From positions 806,001 to 870,000 of the forward strand of contig JAQGDQ010000035.1 in the NCBI GenBank assembly GCA_030141605.1: 64,000 bases of DNA, in the 5' to 3' direction. Below the pieces are notes generated by a model. It saw only the letters and a program-made list of their open reading frames with translations, ran no database searches and was not told where the DNA came from. Shown piece after piece: positions 13,650-24,769 of this stretch. Position 1 is the stretch's first letter. Each line of letters opens with the position of its first letter. A program made the position numbers and the translations under genes. This DNA is from Tubiluchus corallicola (taxonomy: Eukaryota > Animalia > Priapulida).

Positions 13650-13766
13650 ACGCACGCACGCACCCACATATACACATACACACGCATGCACACCACCACC
13701 CACACCCACCACACTCACGCCCACACCCACCTACCCACACGCACGCGCACGCACGCACGCACACAC

Positions 13767-13806
<40 letters not shown>
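13650..13806. repeat. (CA)n/(CACG)n microsatellite
   Basis: Imperfect, then perfect, CA run; the source of the spurious HTHT/VCVC ORFs. Confidence 0.95.
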
Positions 13807-13809
<3 letters not shown>

Positions 13810-14754
13810 AAGAGAAAAAGATGACGATGATGATATTAATTAATCTTTTATTTTCCTCTATTTGCAGGAGCACAGTTGACATTTACAAAACTTAACATCA
13901 TGTAGAAATTTACAATATTTCGAAATATATATTAGTTAATACATAAAATACCACATTATTATTATTATTAAAGGAAATTTTGATTGCATAAAACGGTTGA
14001 TTCTTGACCTTAAAACTAGCATAATAATAAATTACTTGATGTAATAAACAAATTAGTAAAATTTCTTAAATGTAGTGTAATAATAAAGTAAAAAAAGTCG
14101 TGCAATTGTACTGAGTTACATCAATTGATTAGTAATTGATTAGACATTTTTTATAATTTTGCAATTATTGTCAAATATTTACAGATCCAAAATTAGCTAA
14201 AATTTTTAATTACTCAGTACAAATATATTATACCAAGGCACCCTGCACTAATTTTACACAAGCGTGCATTACTTTACAAAATCTAACTGTGTGGGTCACC
14301 GCATAATATATCGCTCCTGAAATACATCTGTAAAAATTTCTTTTTGTGTTAACGCAAACAAAAAGTGAATGACTTTTTTGTCGCGTATTTCTAGGTTCAT
14401 AGGTTCACATGTGAATGTTATGATTTTTGCTTTAACGTAATTAAATTTGCGTTAAAAAATTGCTAAACGTCGCTTGTCCAAGGAGAATAGTTACCTATAT
14501 GGTTTCTAATTTCCTAATAGGTAAAGCTGTTAGTTTGAAAAGAATTAGCCATACATTTGTGAATTGTGAAGCGTCTGAATTCAATTGTGCCCGGTTGCTC
14601 CAATGCCTTATGAAAAATGATTGAGCATTAATTTATGATAAATAAATTTTGTTCAATTGACCGTAAATGATGAATTTAACCGCGATTCATAAATTTCTTT
14701 CGTCTGTTATAGCATTTGCTTGCGAGGCTGTGACTGTCATGTGGTGCTTGAGGA

Positions 14755-15905
14755 AGTGAGTGTGAGAGAGTGTGAATGAATGGTGTTGTGCACCTTTAAG
14801 TTACATTAACTTGGAGCTAGATCTTAATATATTAATTATCCGTGAATTAATTATAATCATTGTCATTAGAACCTGTAGGCTAATATTTTATTTCGTAAAA
14901 ACAGGCGTCAAAGATAATGATATTGTAAAGGTATTTGCATTTGATTGTATTGTATTTACATTTACATCCATTACCAATCAGGCGTTTTTCGAATGTTCGC
15001 AATACAAACTATGTTCTTTAAAAATAGAATTTGTTACAGCGGCTTCGGTCTAGAGAGTGTTCTGTCGTGAGCTTTCTTTCTGATGGCTTACTGGAAACTG
15101 CTGTCCAAGTTACTGTCAGAAAAAATTGCAAAATATGCGATACTAATTGAGCACGCTTTTGATAAATTAGCGAGAAAACTCGCTAGTCGGAACGCGCCGT
15201 TAGGTTTACTTAAACCTTTAACATAAATTTGATTACTGTTCCTTAAACTACAAACATGGTCTTCTTTATCACTTGCCGGGTTGTATTTTTCACTCATAGC
15301 AATTTCCATTACGATGCGGTAAATCATCAAAGACTAATAACATACAAGATTTACATCCAATTATTACACACAGTATAAATATTTTATATATTGAAATTAC
15401 GATGTTCAAAGTTAAATATTTGTAGGTGAAGCCACTTCTTTTTCACCTTTTCTTCCAGCTTATAAAGTTTGTTATTTATTATTGCACCTAGCACACCCTG
15501 GGAATTAACACAATTAATTTCCTTTGTGCCAATTTTCAAATCAAGTTTTAATAGAGAATCAAACTTGAAACACAGGAAAATTAATATGAAAAAAAACTGG
15601 AATGCAGCCAGGATTTGATCCAGTGACCTTCCGTACTTGCTAGCGGTCAAGCAGTCCAAAGTTATCGTATCCAAGCATCCCTTATAGCTGGCTAACACAT
15701 GAGTGAGAGTGTTTGTGTGTGGTTTAAGTTATATTAATTTGTAAAAATGTATCTTATCGTTTTGTGGAAATATATAACCTATACGCTAATGTTTCGTTTT
15801 GTAAATGCAGGTGTTAACTGAAGACATTGCATAGCAAAAGTATTCGCATTCGCATTGTATTGTATTTACATATAACATTATTTGCATTCGAATATTTGCA
15901 ATATA
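14755..15905 (+). repeat. Diverged ~200-250 bp direct duplication (14755-15005 vs 15700-15905)
   Basis: Shared GTGAGAG.G, TTTAAGTTA.ATTAA, GTATT.GCATT..ATTGTATTGTATTTACAT and TTCGAAT.TT.GCAATA. Confidence 0.75.
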
Positions 15906-16631
15906 GTTGTTTTTGAAGAATATTGATTGTTTGGCTTATTTAAGACCTTTGATATAATTTACATTTCTGTGCCATGACGTTCTATATATAGGGATGGTCA
16001 ATCTGTAAGGGATGAAGTCCGGACAGTCTTGACAGTGGGGAATTAATTGGCTTGGTGGTCTAAAGCGTTTTCAGTGTTTAACTCTGATTAACTGTGACCT
16101 TGTAACATCATAGCTGTCTACATCTAAACTTTCGTTTACTAAGAGGTTTTTTGATAGCTGTTATCACGTCTTGCATTAGAAAGTTTCTACTTAATGCTTT
16201 CAGATTTATTCCACAGTTTTCCCAGTTTTGATTGTCATTACTTATGTGATCACCACAAAAACTCTTATATAACACATTTATCAATTTCATCCCATTAATA
16301 GCTCGTCAGAGAGAGAAGATCAAAAAGACAGAAATATAGGATATATCGTTCCTCGTATGTATGCAGTATATATGGATTAGTGACTGTTGAGAAAAAATTG
16401 TTCTCTGTGTTTCACTTCACGAATACCAAACATTCTTTTCTATTTTTATCTCTTTGCGAAACACGTGACAAACTCATCTTTGTCGATTCAGTGTCTCATC
16501 TCATATGAATATTTTTAATAGCATTTATACGTCCTGTACTGAATGCTGGACATCAATTCCAGTATACTAAATTATATAAGAGAAAAAAGAGCGAGGAGGG
16601 GAGGTGAGCGAGGCAGAGCAAAAATTTTAAT

Positions 16632-17300
16632 TTAATAAGCTTTTTGCATATGTTTTAACTTATTCTGTTTGATAATAGGTGATGGATAATGTACAAATCC
16701 AGACTCATCCAAAACAATAGACTTGTTCTTCACAGCAGGGCTCGCAGAGGATATCGTACCATCTGCCTTCAATGTAACGTGATTTTTGCCATACCGATCG
16801 CCTACCAAATCCTCTACCCAATAACCATGCAGAAAGGAAGCATACGCAACATGGAGATTCCAGAGAAATGTCTTTGATTGTTCATTAATAAAGCTTATTA
16901 TGGCAACTCCATTGTTTCTAGCGTATGACCATGTGGGTGGAGGTATCCGGCACCCGGGTGTGATGATAATTACTGCTCCCAAGGCGTTTACAGTGTAAGC
17001 CAACGTTACTGCTCTATCCACTTCTTTTTGTTTTATTGTTCGAGGCTGGTAAAACCGATTAGCACAAATAACAAGGCCGCGATGTGATTGAATAACATTG
17101 GTTCCATTATCAATATTTTTCCGTTTCGGAATACTTGGCAGGCTAAGCAAAATTTCCATGCGTTTAGCCCATTTTTTTCTGAAGCGACTTTTAACTTTTA
17201 CTCCTCCTAAATAACATTTAACCTCATGTTTGTCCTTGTCCATGTCAACTCTATAGACCTGATCCAAAACCTTGAGCAGTAGGTCTTCAATTTCCTTCTC
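16632..17300 (-). CDS. Terminal exon (222 aa) of a gene with an Mrr-like PD-(D/E)xK restriction-endonuclease pattern, probably catalytically altered
   Basis: Acceptor TTTGCAAATTTTAG|GAG at 17301/17300, in frame with the 211-aa ORF. EIEDLLLKVL...RMEILL...GLVICANRFYQPRTIKQKEVDRAVTLAYTVNALGAVIIITPGCRIPPPTWSYARNNGVAIISF follows the Mrr_cat order of helices and strands. The CDS is well supported; the fold call is by eye. Confidence 0.75.
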   Translation of the reverse strand, partial: EKEIEDLLLKVLDQVYRVDMDKDKHEVKCYLGGVKVKSRFRKKWAKRMEILLSLPSIPKRKNIDNGTNVIQSHRGLVICANRFYQPRTIKQKEVDRAVTLAYTVNALGAVIIITPGCRIPPPTWSYARNNGVAIISFINEQSKTFLWNLHVAYASFLHGYWVEDLVGDRYGKNHVTLKADGTISSASPAVKNKSIVLDESGFVHYPSPIIKQNKLKHMQKAY

Positions 17301-17460
17301 CTAAAATTTGCAAACAAACAACGTATAATTCTGTAAAAAATATCTAGTAAATTATTCTTGTACAAAGAAGCGTAAAAGTGTAAAAACCACTAAAAGCACT
17401 GAACGATCCAATCAGTTTTGTAAACAAATACATATTACTAATTTCAAAATAAAATTTTAT

Positions 17461-17500
17461 TGTCGACCGGTTTCGAACAATTGATGTTCATTTTCCTGGC
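17461..17500 (-). other. Degenerate Penelope-type hammerhead ribozyme motif
   Basis: Minus strand GCCAGGAAAATGAACATCAATTGTTCGAAACCGGTCGACAATAAA. Stem II (GAACA/TGTTC) and GAAAC-CG-GTC are intact; the CUGANGA box is mutated. Confidence 0.45.
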
Positions 17501-18139
17501 ATCTAAAGCAGAGAAATTTTACCAGAATGTGGAACTATGAAGTAAAAATTTGGTGGAGAGATGTCAAATTATGCTTGATATATACAGATAATAGAGGGCT
17601 CGCCAAACATCTTTCAATCAACGGGAAGTCCACCTCACAATGGCCAGTGTGGCGTTTTAAAAGGCTAGCTGTTCCACAGCGACATAACTTTACTCACAAA
17701 CACAAACGCGCAAGCAGAATATACTTAAACATACCAAATATACTGCGAAAGTAACGTGTTTGCGTGGTAAGATTATTTTTTCGACAAAAAGAAGAGACGA
17801 AGGATGCCGATTGATCAAACGTGTGGAAGGCATAATGCACGAAAAACTTAACTTAAAAATTAATGAAAACGGTGTAGCTCTGTCACGATAATTATATTAT
17901 GACAATGAAAAACATCATTCTTTGCAAGACGACCTAAGTTGCCAAACTTTGTTTCTTTTTTCCATGATTTTGTTGCTATAAGTCCACTTTTCTAAAGTGG
18001 AGACGTAGCATATAACAACAAGATCATCAGCATACAAAAGTGAAAAATAAAACCAGGGCACTTGTTTCATTTGAAAAATAAATTATTAAATCCTTAATGA
18101 ATTACGTGAAAAGAGGAGGACTAAGAGAATCCCTTTGTA

Positions 18140-18630
18140 ATACAGGGTAATACATAACCTTTTGCTAGGAGGAGCATGTACAAAAACGACGAGCAACATC
18201 ACATAGCAATTTAGTGCATCAATATATTGCTGAAACAATAGGGAATCTATATATGATGCCCTCAAAATTTGTGAACGTTTTAGTGTGAACGTTTTGTGCA
18301 ATATTGAGTTTATGACTGGTGCAGTGAACTGAAAACAGAGTAGCGGCCAATATGATAAAAACATTGCCAATAGCTGTTATTCAACGAACAAGTTTGTGAG
18401 ACATCTGAAGACATGTGGAAGGATTTTGAGTGCTTCGAGTTGCTATCCTCATCAGATCATTACCTCAATATTGTAGGCTGTCCTTGACGCGCGAGGCTGT
18501 GCACACTAAATTTTGTGACCGCGATAGATTTGCTATTGTTTGAGCAATATTTAGATGTATTAAACTGTTCTTTACTTTTACTCGTTGTTTTTGTATTCCC
18601 CTCGTAAAAGGCAATGTACCACTCTGTAAA
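18140..18630. repeat. Diverged ~180 bp inverted repeat (old MITE/foldback) in the Mrr-like gene intron
   Basis: 18150-18320 (+) matches the reverse complement of 18450-18620: CAAAAAC.ACGAG, ATATTGCT.AAACAATAG..AATCTAT, TTTAGTGTG.AC, CAATATTGAG. Confidence 0.75.
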
Positions 18631-19984
18631 ATAATGGCAGATCTCCTTCGTCCTTCATGACGAATCACGTAATTCTTTGTCAGAATTTGGCAGGTAAACC
18701 GGAAGCTCTTACTAGTAATATTAAGCAGTGTAAGCAATTTTTTTAATTAAAAGAAAATAGTCCACCCTGCCAAAAGCCTTTAAAAGCCGTAAAGGCGGCA
18801 CACATTGCCCAAGTTATTTGATTTTCTGTTTTTTGTTTTTTGTTTTTGACCAATTGATTTTATTTATGATGACTTTAACAGAATAAAACAAGTAAAGTGT
18901 ATACATTAAATGATAAAATAGTTTATTAAACAAATGATTTAGTGTACCCATGCCATAGTGATGACACATTTCTAGTTATAGGCGAAATAGCTACACTGTG
19001 GGCAAATGCTCTTTTCGCTTAGTATCTGCTGTGTTCGTAAATTGAAAGTATAAAAAATATAAAATATTAGATTTGCAAATAGCAAGCTTGTGCATAAGAG
19101 GTTAACACAGAAATTCCACAGAGAAACTAAAAACTTCTGTTTCGTTTTGACACGCGCGTTTTTCTTTAATAAAAGACTAAATTATAATTGTTACAGACAA
19201 TAAGGTTTTGCATCGAACTTTTATCATGTACATGTGCTGCCGGTATCATAATGCTGTCTGCTATGCCAGCCGGGAAAAGCTTTGCATAACCATCACTAGA
19301 TGACAGCAGTTTGCAACATAACAGCACAAGTAACTGCTCAAATAACACACAAGCATTTATCAATATTATATTAGTCATAATGCTCAGTCACGGATGCCTG
19401 CACTTACCTTTTAATGCTTCAACTATTATTAGTAATTTTTTTCAAAATGACACTCAATACTAGAATGCGGATATATAAATTACTTAGTGACGCTCTTAAA
19501 TCAGTTTGGACTCAAGGAAGTTATCAGTTACGGGCAATGTTATTATGTAGTAGCTTGCTTCACTTATGCCATTAATCTCATTTCATCTTCTGTCATGTCC
19601 TCGACTTAGACCCGCCCACTCCCCGACCTTTGACCCGGTGTAAACATATTTCATTTAGCTAGTAAATGTGACCAGTGATTTTCGTTTTCATAGTTTCCAG
19701 CGTGTAAAAAGTCGAATTCCCAGCTTCTTAAAACGGCGGATGTACACCGTACACGCGGCATCCCCCCAAACAGCAAAATACGTGAAAAAGCTTTTACGAA
19801 AATTGATCACTGGCATATGTCAATAAATCCCGAGATTAAAAATATAAATAAATAAATTCTTATCAATCAAGGTTCTGAATCAATAAAAACAAATATTAGT
19901 TAGTAATTATTTTAATGTTACGCAGCTAATACTTTGAAAGGTAGAAAGTCTGATGTACATTTAGGATTGAATTAAGACCAAGCA

Positions 19985-20060
19985 TGTGGAGCTGTGTAGT
20001 CCAGTGTTCAGGGCCGCACTGGACGTGTAATCTAAAGATTCCTGGTTTCAAACCTAGGAT
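19985..20060 (+). repeat. tRNA-derived SINE head remnant
   Basis: GCTGTGTAGTCCAGTG...GATTCCTGGTTTCAAACC resembles Pol III A and B boxes. Confidence 0.4.
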
Positions 20061-20134
20061 TACACGTGAGTTTTACACATTTCACTTTAGGCAAATTTGG
20101 TTTAAAAATTCAGCGCATAGATTGTTGTTGTGAG

Positions 20135-20136
<2 letters not shown>

Positions 20137-20214
<78 letters not shown>

Positions 20215-20230
20215 GATCATCATCATCATC
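20137..20230. repeat. (ATT)n/(ATC)n microsatellite
   Basis: Long perfect ATT run followed by ATC. Confidence 0.95.
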
Positions 20231-20371
20231 AATATGGCTCAAGAATTACAAATAACGAACGTCGTTTTGATCATTGTTGTCGATTAGAATATTGAATAAC
20301 AATTAGTGAACAACAAACTCAGTCTTTTGAGAGCCTACACATTAATGCTATGTAAACAAAGCCGTGCTTAC

Positions 20372-20425
20372 CTTCTTGCTTTTTGATCCACTTCGCACTC
20401 CCTTTGGCTTTTCGCTGTTAATCAT
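20372..20425 (-). CDS. First coding exon (MINSEKPKGVRSGSKSKK) of the Mrr-like gene
   Basis: ATG at 20425 and a strong donor AAG|GTAAGC at 20372/20371, phase 0 matching the 17300 acceptor. An upstream acceptor TATTTCTAG (~20440) suggests a further 5' exon. Confidence 0.65.
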
Positions 20426-20949
20426 TGTTAAATGTTGTACTAGAAATACACGTGAAAAAGTTGTACAGTCGAACATACAAACGAACAAAACAATCGCCTG
20501 TTTTGCATGATGTGAACTATATATAACCGTGGCAAGACAGATTGGTATGCTATAAAGTAAAAAAATGTGAATCAAAGTTATAGTGCGTCACAAAAGCAGC
20601 GGAATTAAAGCTCACAGATTGAGAGAGAAAGAGAGAGGAGAGCAGTGACCCACATGCAGCGCTTGACTGCATCCTAGTATTGTTATGTGGGTTGAGGTCT
20701 GTTCTTTTCCCCCAAGGCTTTTCAACTCAGAATTTATGACAATGATGTCTGATACAGCAGTTCAAGTAGCTGGCTTTTTTTCATACTATTGCAGCACATG
20801 AAATCTCTGCTGCCCAATTTCACGATGTAGCTATTAACTTTTGTTAATGTTTAATAATATTCAGTTTTTAATACACAAGTGTCAGCTTGCAATTGTTGTG
20901 AACTTTCGTAATACATACTGAACAACGCTAAAATAAGACAATCATTGTA

Positions 20950-21150
20950 AGGGTGGACGGACAATGAAAGACCCATCATTCACAAACCGATCAAATACTA
21001 CAGGCTAAAGGACCACTAAGGAAAGGATCACCGGCCAAAGGGCTACCACAGACAAAAGTTCACCAGCCAAACAATCGCCGAACAACGAACCATTAATCAA
21101 AAATTCACCAGAAAAGAGTAGAAGCACTAGATAAAAGCTACCAGACCACG
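20950..21150 (+). repeat. Degenerate ~15-17 bp tandem array (GGACAAAAGACCACC-like), probably DNA-transposon subterminal repeats
   Basis: Recurring RGNCAAAAGNYCACC-like units. Confidence 0.5.
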
Positions 21151-22429
21151 CAAAGGTATCAACCGTACACAATTTCAGACATTTTATGCCTTCTGCTGAG
21201 ATTATATATATTACTTCCAGAAGTTAAATTTTAAAGTTCTACATTTTGTATTTATCATCACTTAATAGGCTAAAAATTATGTTTTTTAAGCAGTGGATCA
21301 CTCAACTATGCTGTAACTAATTAACACTGCATTTTCTCATCTAGTGCTGTTCCACTGATGAAACAGAATGCAAGAACGAAGCCTTGTCTTTAACTGAGTT
21401 TTTTAACATCCGATAAGACCCTTTTTTAACATCAGATAAACGTAGCATCAGAATATTGTAAGAAAAAAATCAGCAAAGTTTTAATTGAAGAATAGAATGC
21501 ATGAAGTTATGATCGCAATTGGAAACTGACACTGGCAGACGCTAATTAAGGTCAAGCGTAGGAGTTAGATGCTTCATCGGCAGCATGTTCCCAACTATAA
21601 CATCCAAAGCGCTAATCCCGAGCTTAAAAATGTATTGATAAAATCTTGTTTAGTACGTAATGAAAGGCATAAACTGTTGTCGACAGCATCAAATAGCAAA
21701 CTCATGCTCTTTATAAAAATAATTGCTTTATATCGATTGATTAGATTTTAGATTATATTTTATTTCAGTACACAGAGTAAAATATTACATATAATACATT
21801 TACAAAACACATAAAAATTATTTATAAAGCAGATTAAAAATACTGCTTAAAGATAAAAAATACATATTAGAAATATCTTCAAAATTTACAACTTAAAATC
21901 ATCACATATCTTTCAACAGTTTTTTAAAAAAATCAAATGACACGTCAAAGCTTATACAACTACTAGTTAAAATGTAATTTTTACTTGCAAGTATGCGATT
22001 TCTTAAGCCATAGCAACTATTCCTTATTAATACTTTAAAGCGGAACATTATTATGTACACATATGTAAAACATTCTCGTAGCTAATTTGTAATTAAAATT
22101 ATTACTAAGATCAACAACATACGTCGATTTTGAGCTTCGCAATATTATATCTGCTATAGAATATCCATGCTACAAATAATTCCACTGCAATGCGATTTCA
22201 ACAAGATACTTTTTACTTCCTTTGAACAATAACAAAATTCATTACAGTGTATTAGCTCTTGCAGAGCATAGTCTCAACTGGCAAACAATATTTAAATCAT
22301 CGCTGTAGGACACAACATTGAGGCTGAAATTATAAAAACTGCGTAACGTGCCCACACTAACTATTTTACAAAACTGTGTTCTTACTCGAAATATAGTTTG
22401 AGTGGCTCACTGAATTGAAGAGGATGGAT

Positions 22430-24230
22430 AAAAAACTCATCTGTCATTAGATGTGAAATTTGTTCTAGTATATTCGTTCGCAGCTTCACCTGTTTTGGTG
22501 TAAGTTTCTTTTAGAAAAAAACGACGTCAATGTCGCCATTTTGAATCTAAGATGGCAAGTCGAAAACCCGACTCTATCAGTTCATACCATTCATCGTAGT
22601 ATATTCTTATAAAGTATATTTGTGGAATCTTCCTAAAACGTTTTCACTGCCATCTTGAATTCAAGGTGACTGGTCAAAAACCCTACATTGACAATCGATG
22701 CAGAATTTGTTCTAGTGTGTCCCAGTCAAGTTTGGGATAGACATGAACAAAAGTTGCACGTCCTTTCATAGTCTCAAAATAGACAATTTATTGCCAAGAA
22801 CTTATGCCCTAATTGGCCTCATCAGTTGAAAATGCAAAAAAGTGTTAACAGGGACGCAAATAAAAGATAAAAAGTCAAATGAGGAAGATATCAATTTTAT
22901 ATTCATCATGATTATGATCATCGTGATCATTGTCATCATACTCACCATCGTCATTAATAATTATAAAGACATATTTTTGTTGTAAATGATAAAAAGAAAG
23001 GGCAAATTCTATTGTTTTGATAATTTTGACTACCAAACTTTTCTTAAATTGTCCGATATCCTAGGGTAATTGATTTTAGGATCAATTTGATCCTGTGGTA
23101 ACTTTTCTCGTTTAATCAATCGGGCAAATTTTGTGCCACGGATAATTAATGACAATTTTGCTCATTTGGATTAATGAATGGTAACAACGCTAATATAAAG
23201 AAATCAGCGTGAAATTTGAGGCAAACGTTGAGTGGAGCTATTAGGCTAACATTTTGTGTATTTTTTATAAAAGCACTGATTGTTGCACAGCTGTAACCTA
23301 TCATAATTACCATAACGAAGGCATAAAAGTAGGGGAACCGCCCGTCTTGTAATTATGGCTGCCATTTGTTAAAATGGCCGCCACATGACAGTTGCTGGAG
23401 ACCCATAACTGGGAGAATTCTAGATTGTAAATTGTGGGACAGTGGAAAAAGATTAATCTGTACCTGTATTGTTACAAAGTTAAATCCATAGTGCACAATG
23501 CTGGAGAAAAATAATATGTTGGTGCTCAGGTAATTAGGGCATTCAGTGGATGTGGTGAAGAATGCAGTGGAACACTTGGAACACTTAAAGCTTGACTATA
23601 ATCCAGTGGCTAAATTCGACCAGCCACTCCTTTCTTCAGCAAAAACAAACTGTGGTCAGTAGAAGTGGTGGCAGAAGTATGGTGAAGAGATATTTGTTGT
23701 CCTATTTGGCAGACTTTACTTTGAGATGGCGCACTGAAAACTCTGTGCGACTGGTTACAGGGAAGTGAATGGATTCAAGCAACTACTGGAGTCGTTCTTT
23801 TGCGAGCGTCTCTTATCAGTCAAACCTGGAAAGCACATCAAATCACAGTAGCAACACTCTCCATCAGATGACCCCTAAATGGAGGAAGTGGCCGACATAA
23901 AAGATGGGGAAGCTGTAAATTGAAACATGTTCTGCTATGGCCTTATAAAACTTCATGACTATCCGTTATGAATTTGCAGAACATTCGGCTTTATCGAAAA
24001 TGATACTGACGCCGCCATCTTGAATCCAAAATGACGTGTCCGCCATTTCATGCGAAATTTGTTCTAGTACATTTCTTTAAAGTTTCATGACGAGTCAGCG
24101 TAGACTCACGTAGCCGTAGGCTTTTTTCAAAAATAATATTATTGTCGCAATTTTTAATTCGACACGATGGATCGAAAATCCAACTCCGTCAGTTCATACA
24201 GAATTCGTTCTAGTATATTCGTGTGATGTA
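22430..24230 (+). repeat. ~120-130 bp tandem units (GCCATCTTGAATYCAARATG / AATTTGTTCTAGTA) in two blocks, 22430-22730 and 23960-24230
   Basis: The motifs recur at ~22460, 22535, 22650, 22705, 24015, 24060, 24150 and 24205. Typical of non-autonomous DNA-transposon interiors. Confidence 0.7.
23330..23870 (+). mobile_element. Academ-type DNA transposon remnant (transposase core)
   Basis: Frameshifted translation HSVDVVKNAVEHL...FDQPL...KYGEEIFVVLFG.L..EMA.LKTL.DWLQGS.W...AHQIT matches the DQPL / GGLHIEM region of Academ transposases. Possible TAG terminus at 23330. Confidence 0.65.
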
Positions 24231-24769
24231 ACTGACGCAATATGTGGGATTTAAAGGTCATATTCTAAACAAAAACATCCAGATGAGTAGCGATTTCGGT
24301 CAAGCCACTCGCCCAAAAGAAACCCTTATTCTAATATTTTATCATGTAGTAGTACTTAAACAGTTATCAGGCATTTTGCTGTGGATTAAAACTTTATATG
24401 CTCTGAAAATTGTTTGACCCAAAGATATAATAATATTTTTGTATAGCTACAATCAGAAAGATTTAAACAGATGCATTTGTGATATTTCCGAGTAAACTGC
24501 AAACGTTGGACAACTACGTCACAATTTTTATGTATGTTCACTGGGGGGGGGGATTAGTTTGGCGGGCAGAAAATTAAGAGTGATTATCATCAGCTGCTTT
24601 TTTACTTTTAACCAAGACTTTTTGTATGCGTATATCGTGCGGAAACGTTTAGGCTTTTATTTGCATATTAGACCGGAGCAGAGTAGAATATGCTTCAAGT
24701 CAGATCATACAGTCAACAAAAGCTATGAAGCTACTAGCAAAAAAAGTTACTCGACATTTGCCTTTTCCT

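Noticed and set aside
13427-13843. His/Thr-rich and Val/Cys-rich ORFs
   Set aside because: They are translations of the (CA)n microsatellite. The same applies to poly-Ile at 20066-20287, (SL)n at 25874-26062, the His/Pro ORF at 35630-35917 and the Asp/Asn ORF at 51900-52196.
16632-17300. Bacterial contamination or recent HGT as the source of the Mrr-like ORF
   Set aside because: It has canonical spliceosomal sites, host-like base composition and eukaryotic repeats on both sides.
18464-18623. Possible extra minus-strand exon of the Mrr-like gene (TTTTACAG|...|GTAATG)
   Set aside because: Its only open frame is phase 1/2, incompatible with the phase-0 flanking exons, and it is one arm of the inverted repeat.
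19402-19450. Strong donor AAG|GTAAGT on the minus strand
   Set aside because: An in-frame TAA precedes it, so it is not coding. At most it is an alternative 5'-UTR exon.
22795-22830. Third hammerhead (minus strand CTGATGAGGCCAATTAGGGCATAAG)
   Set aside because: The GAAA box is missing and the motif is too degenerate to call. A similar weak match at 18432-18456 was also dropped.
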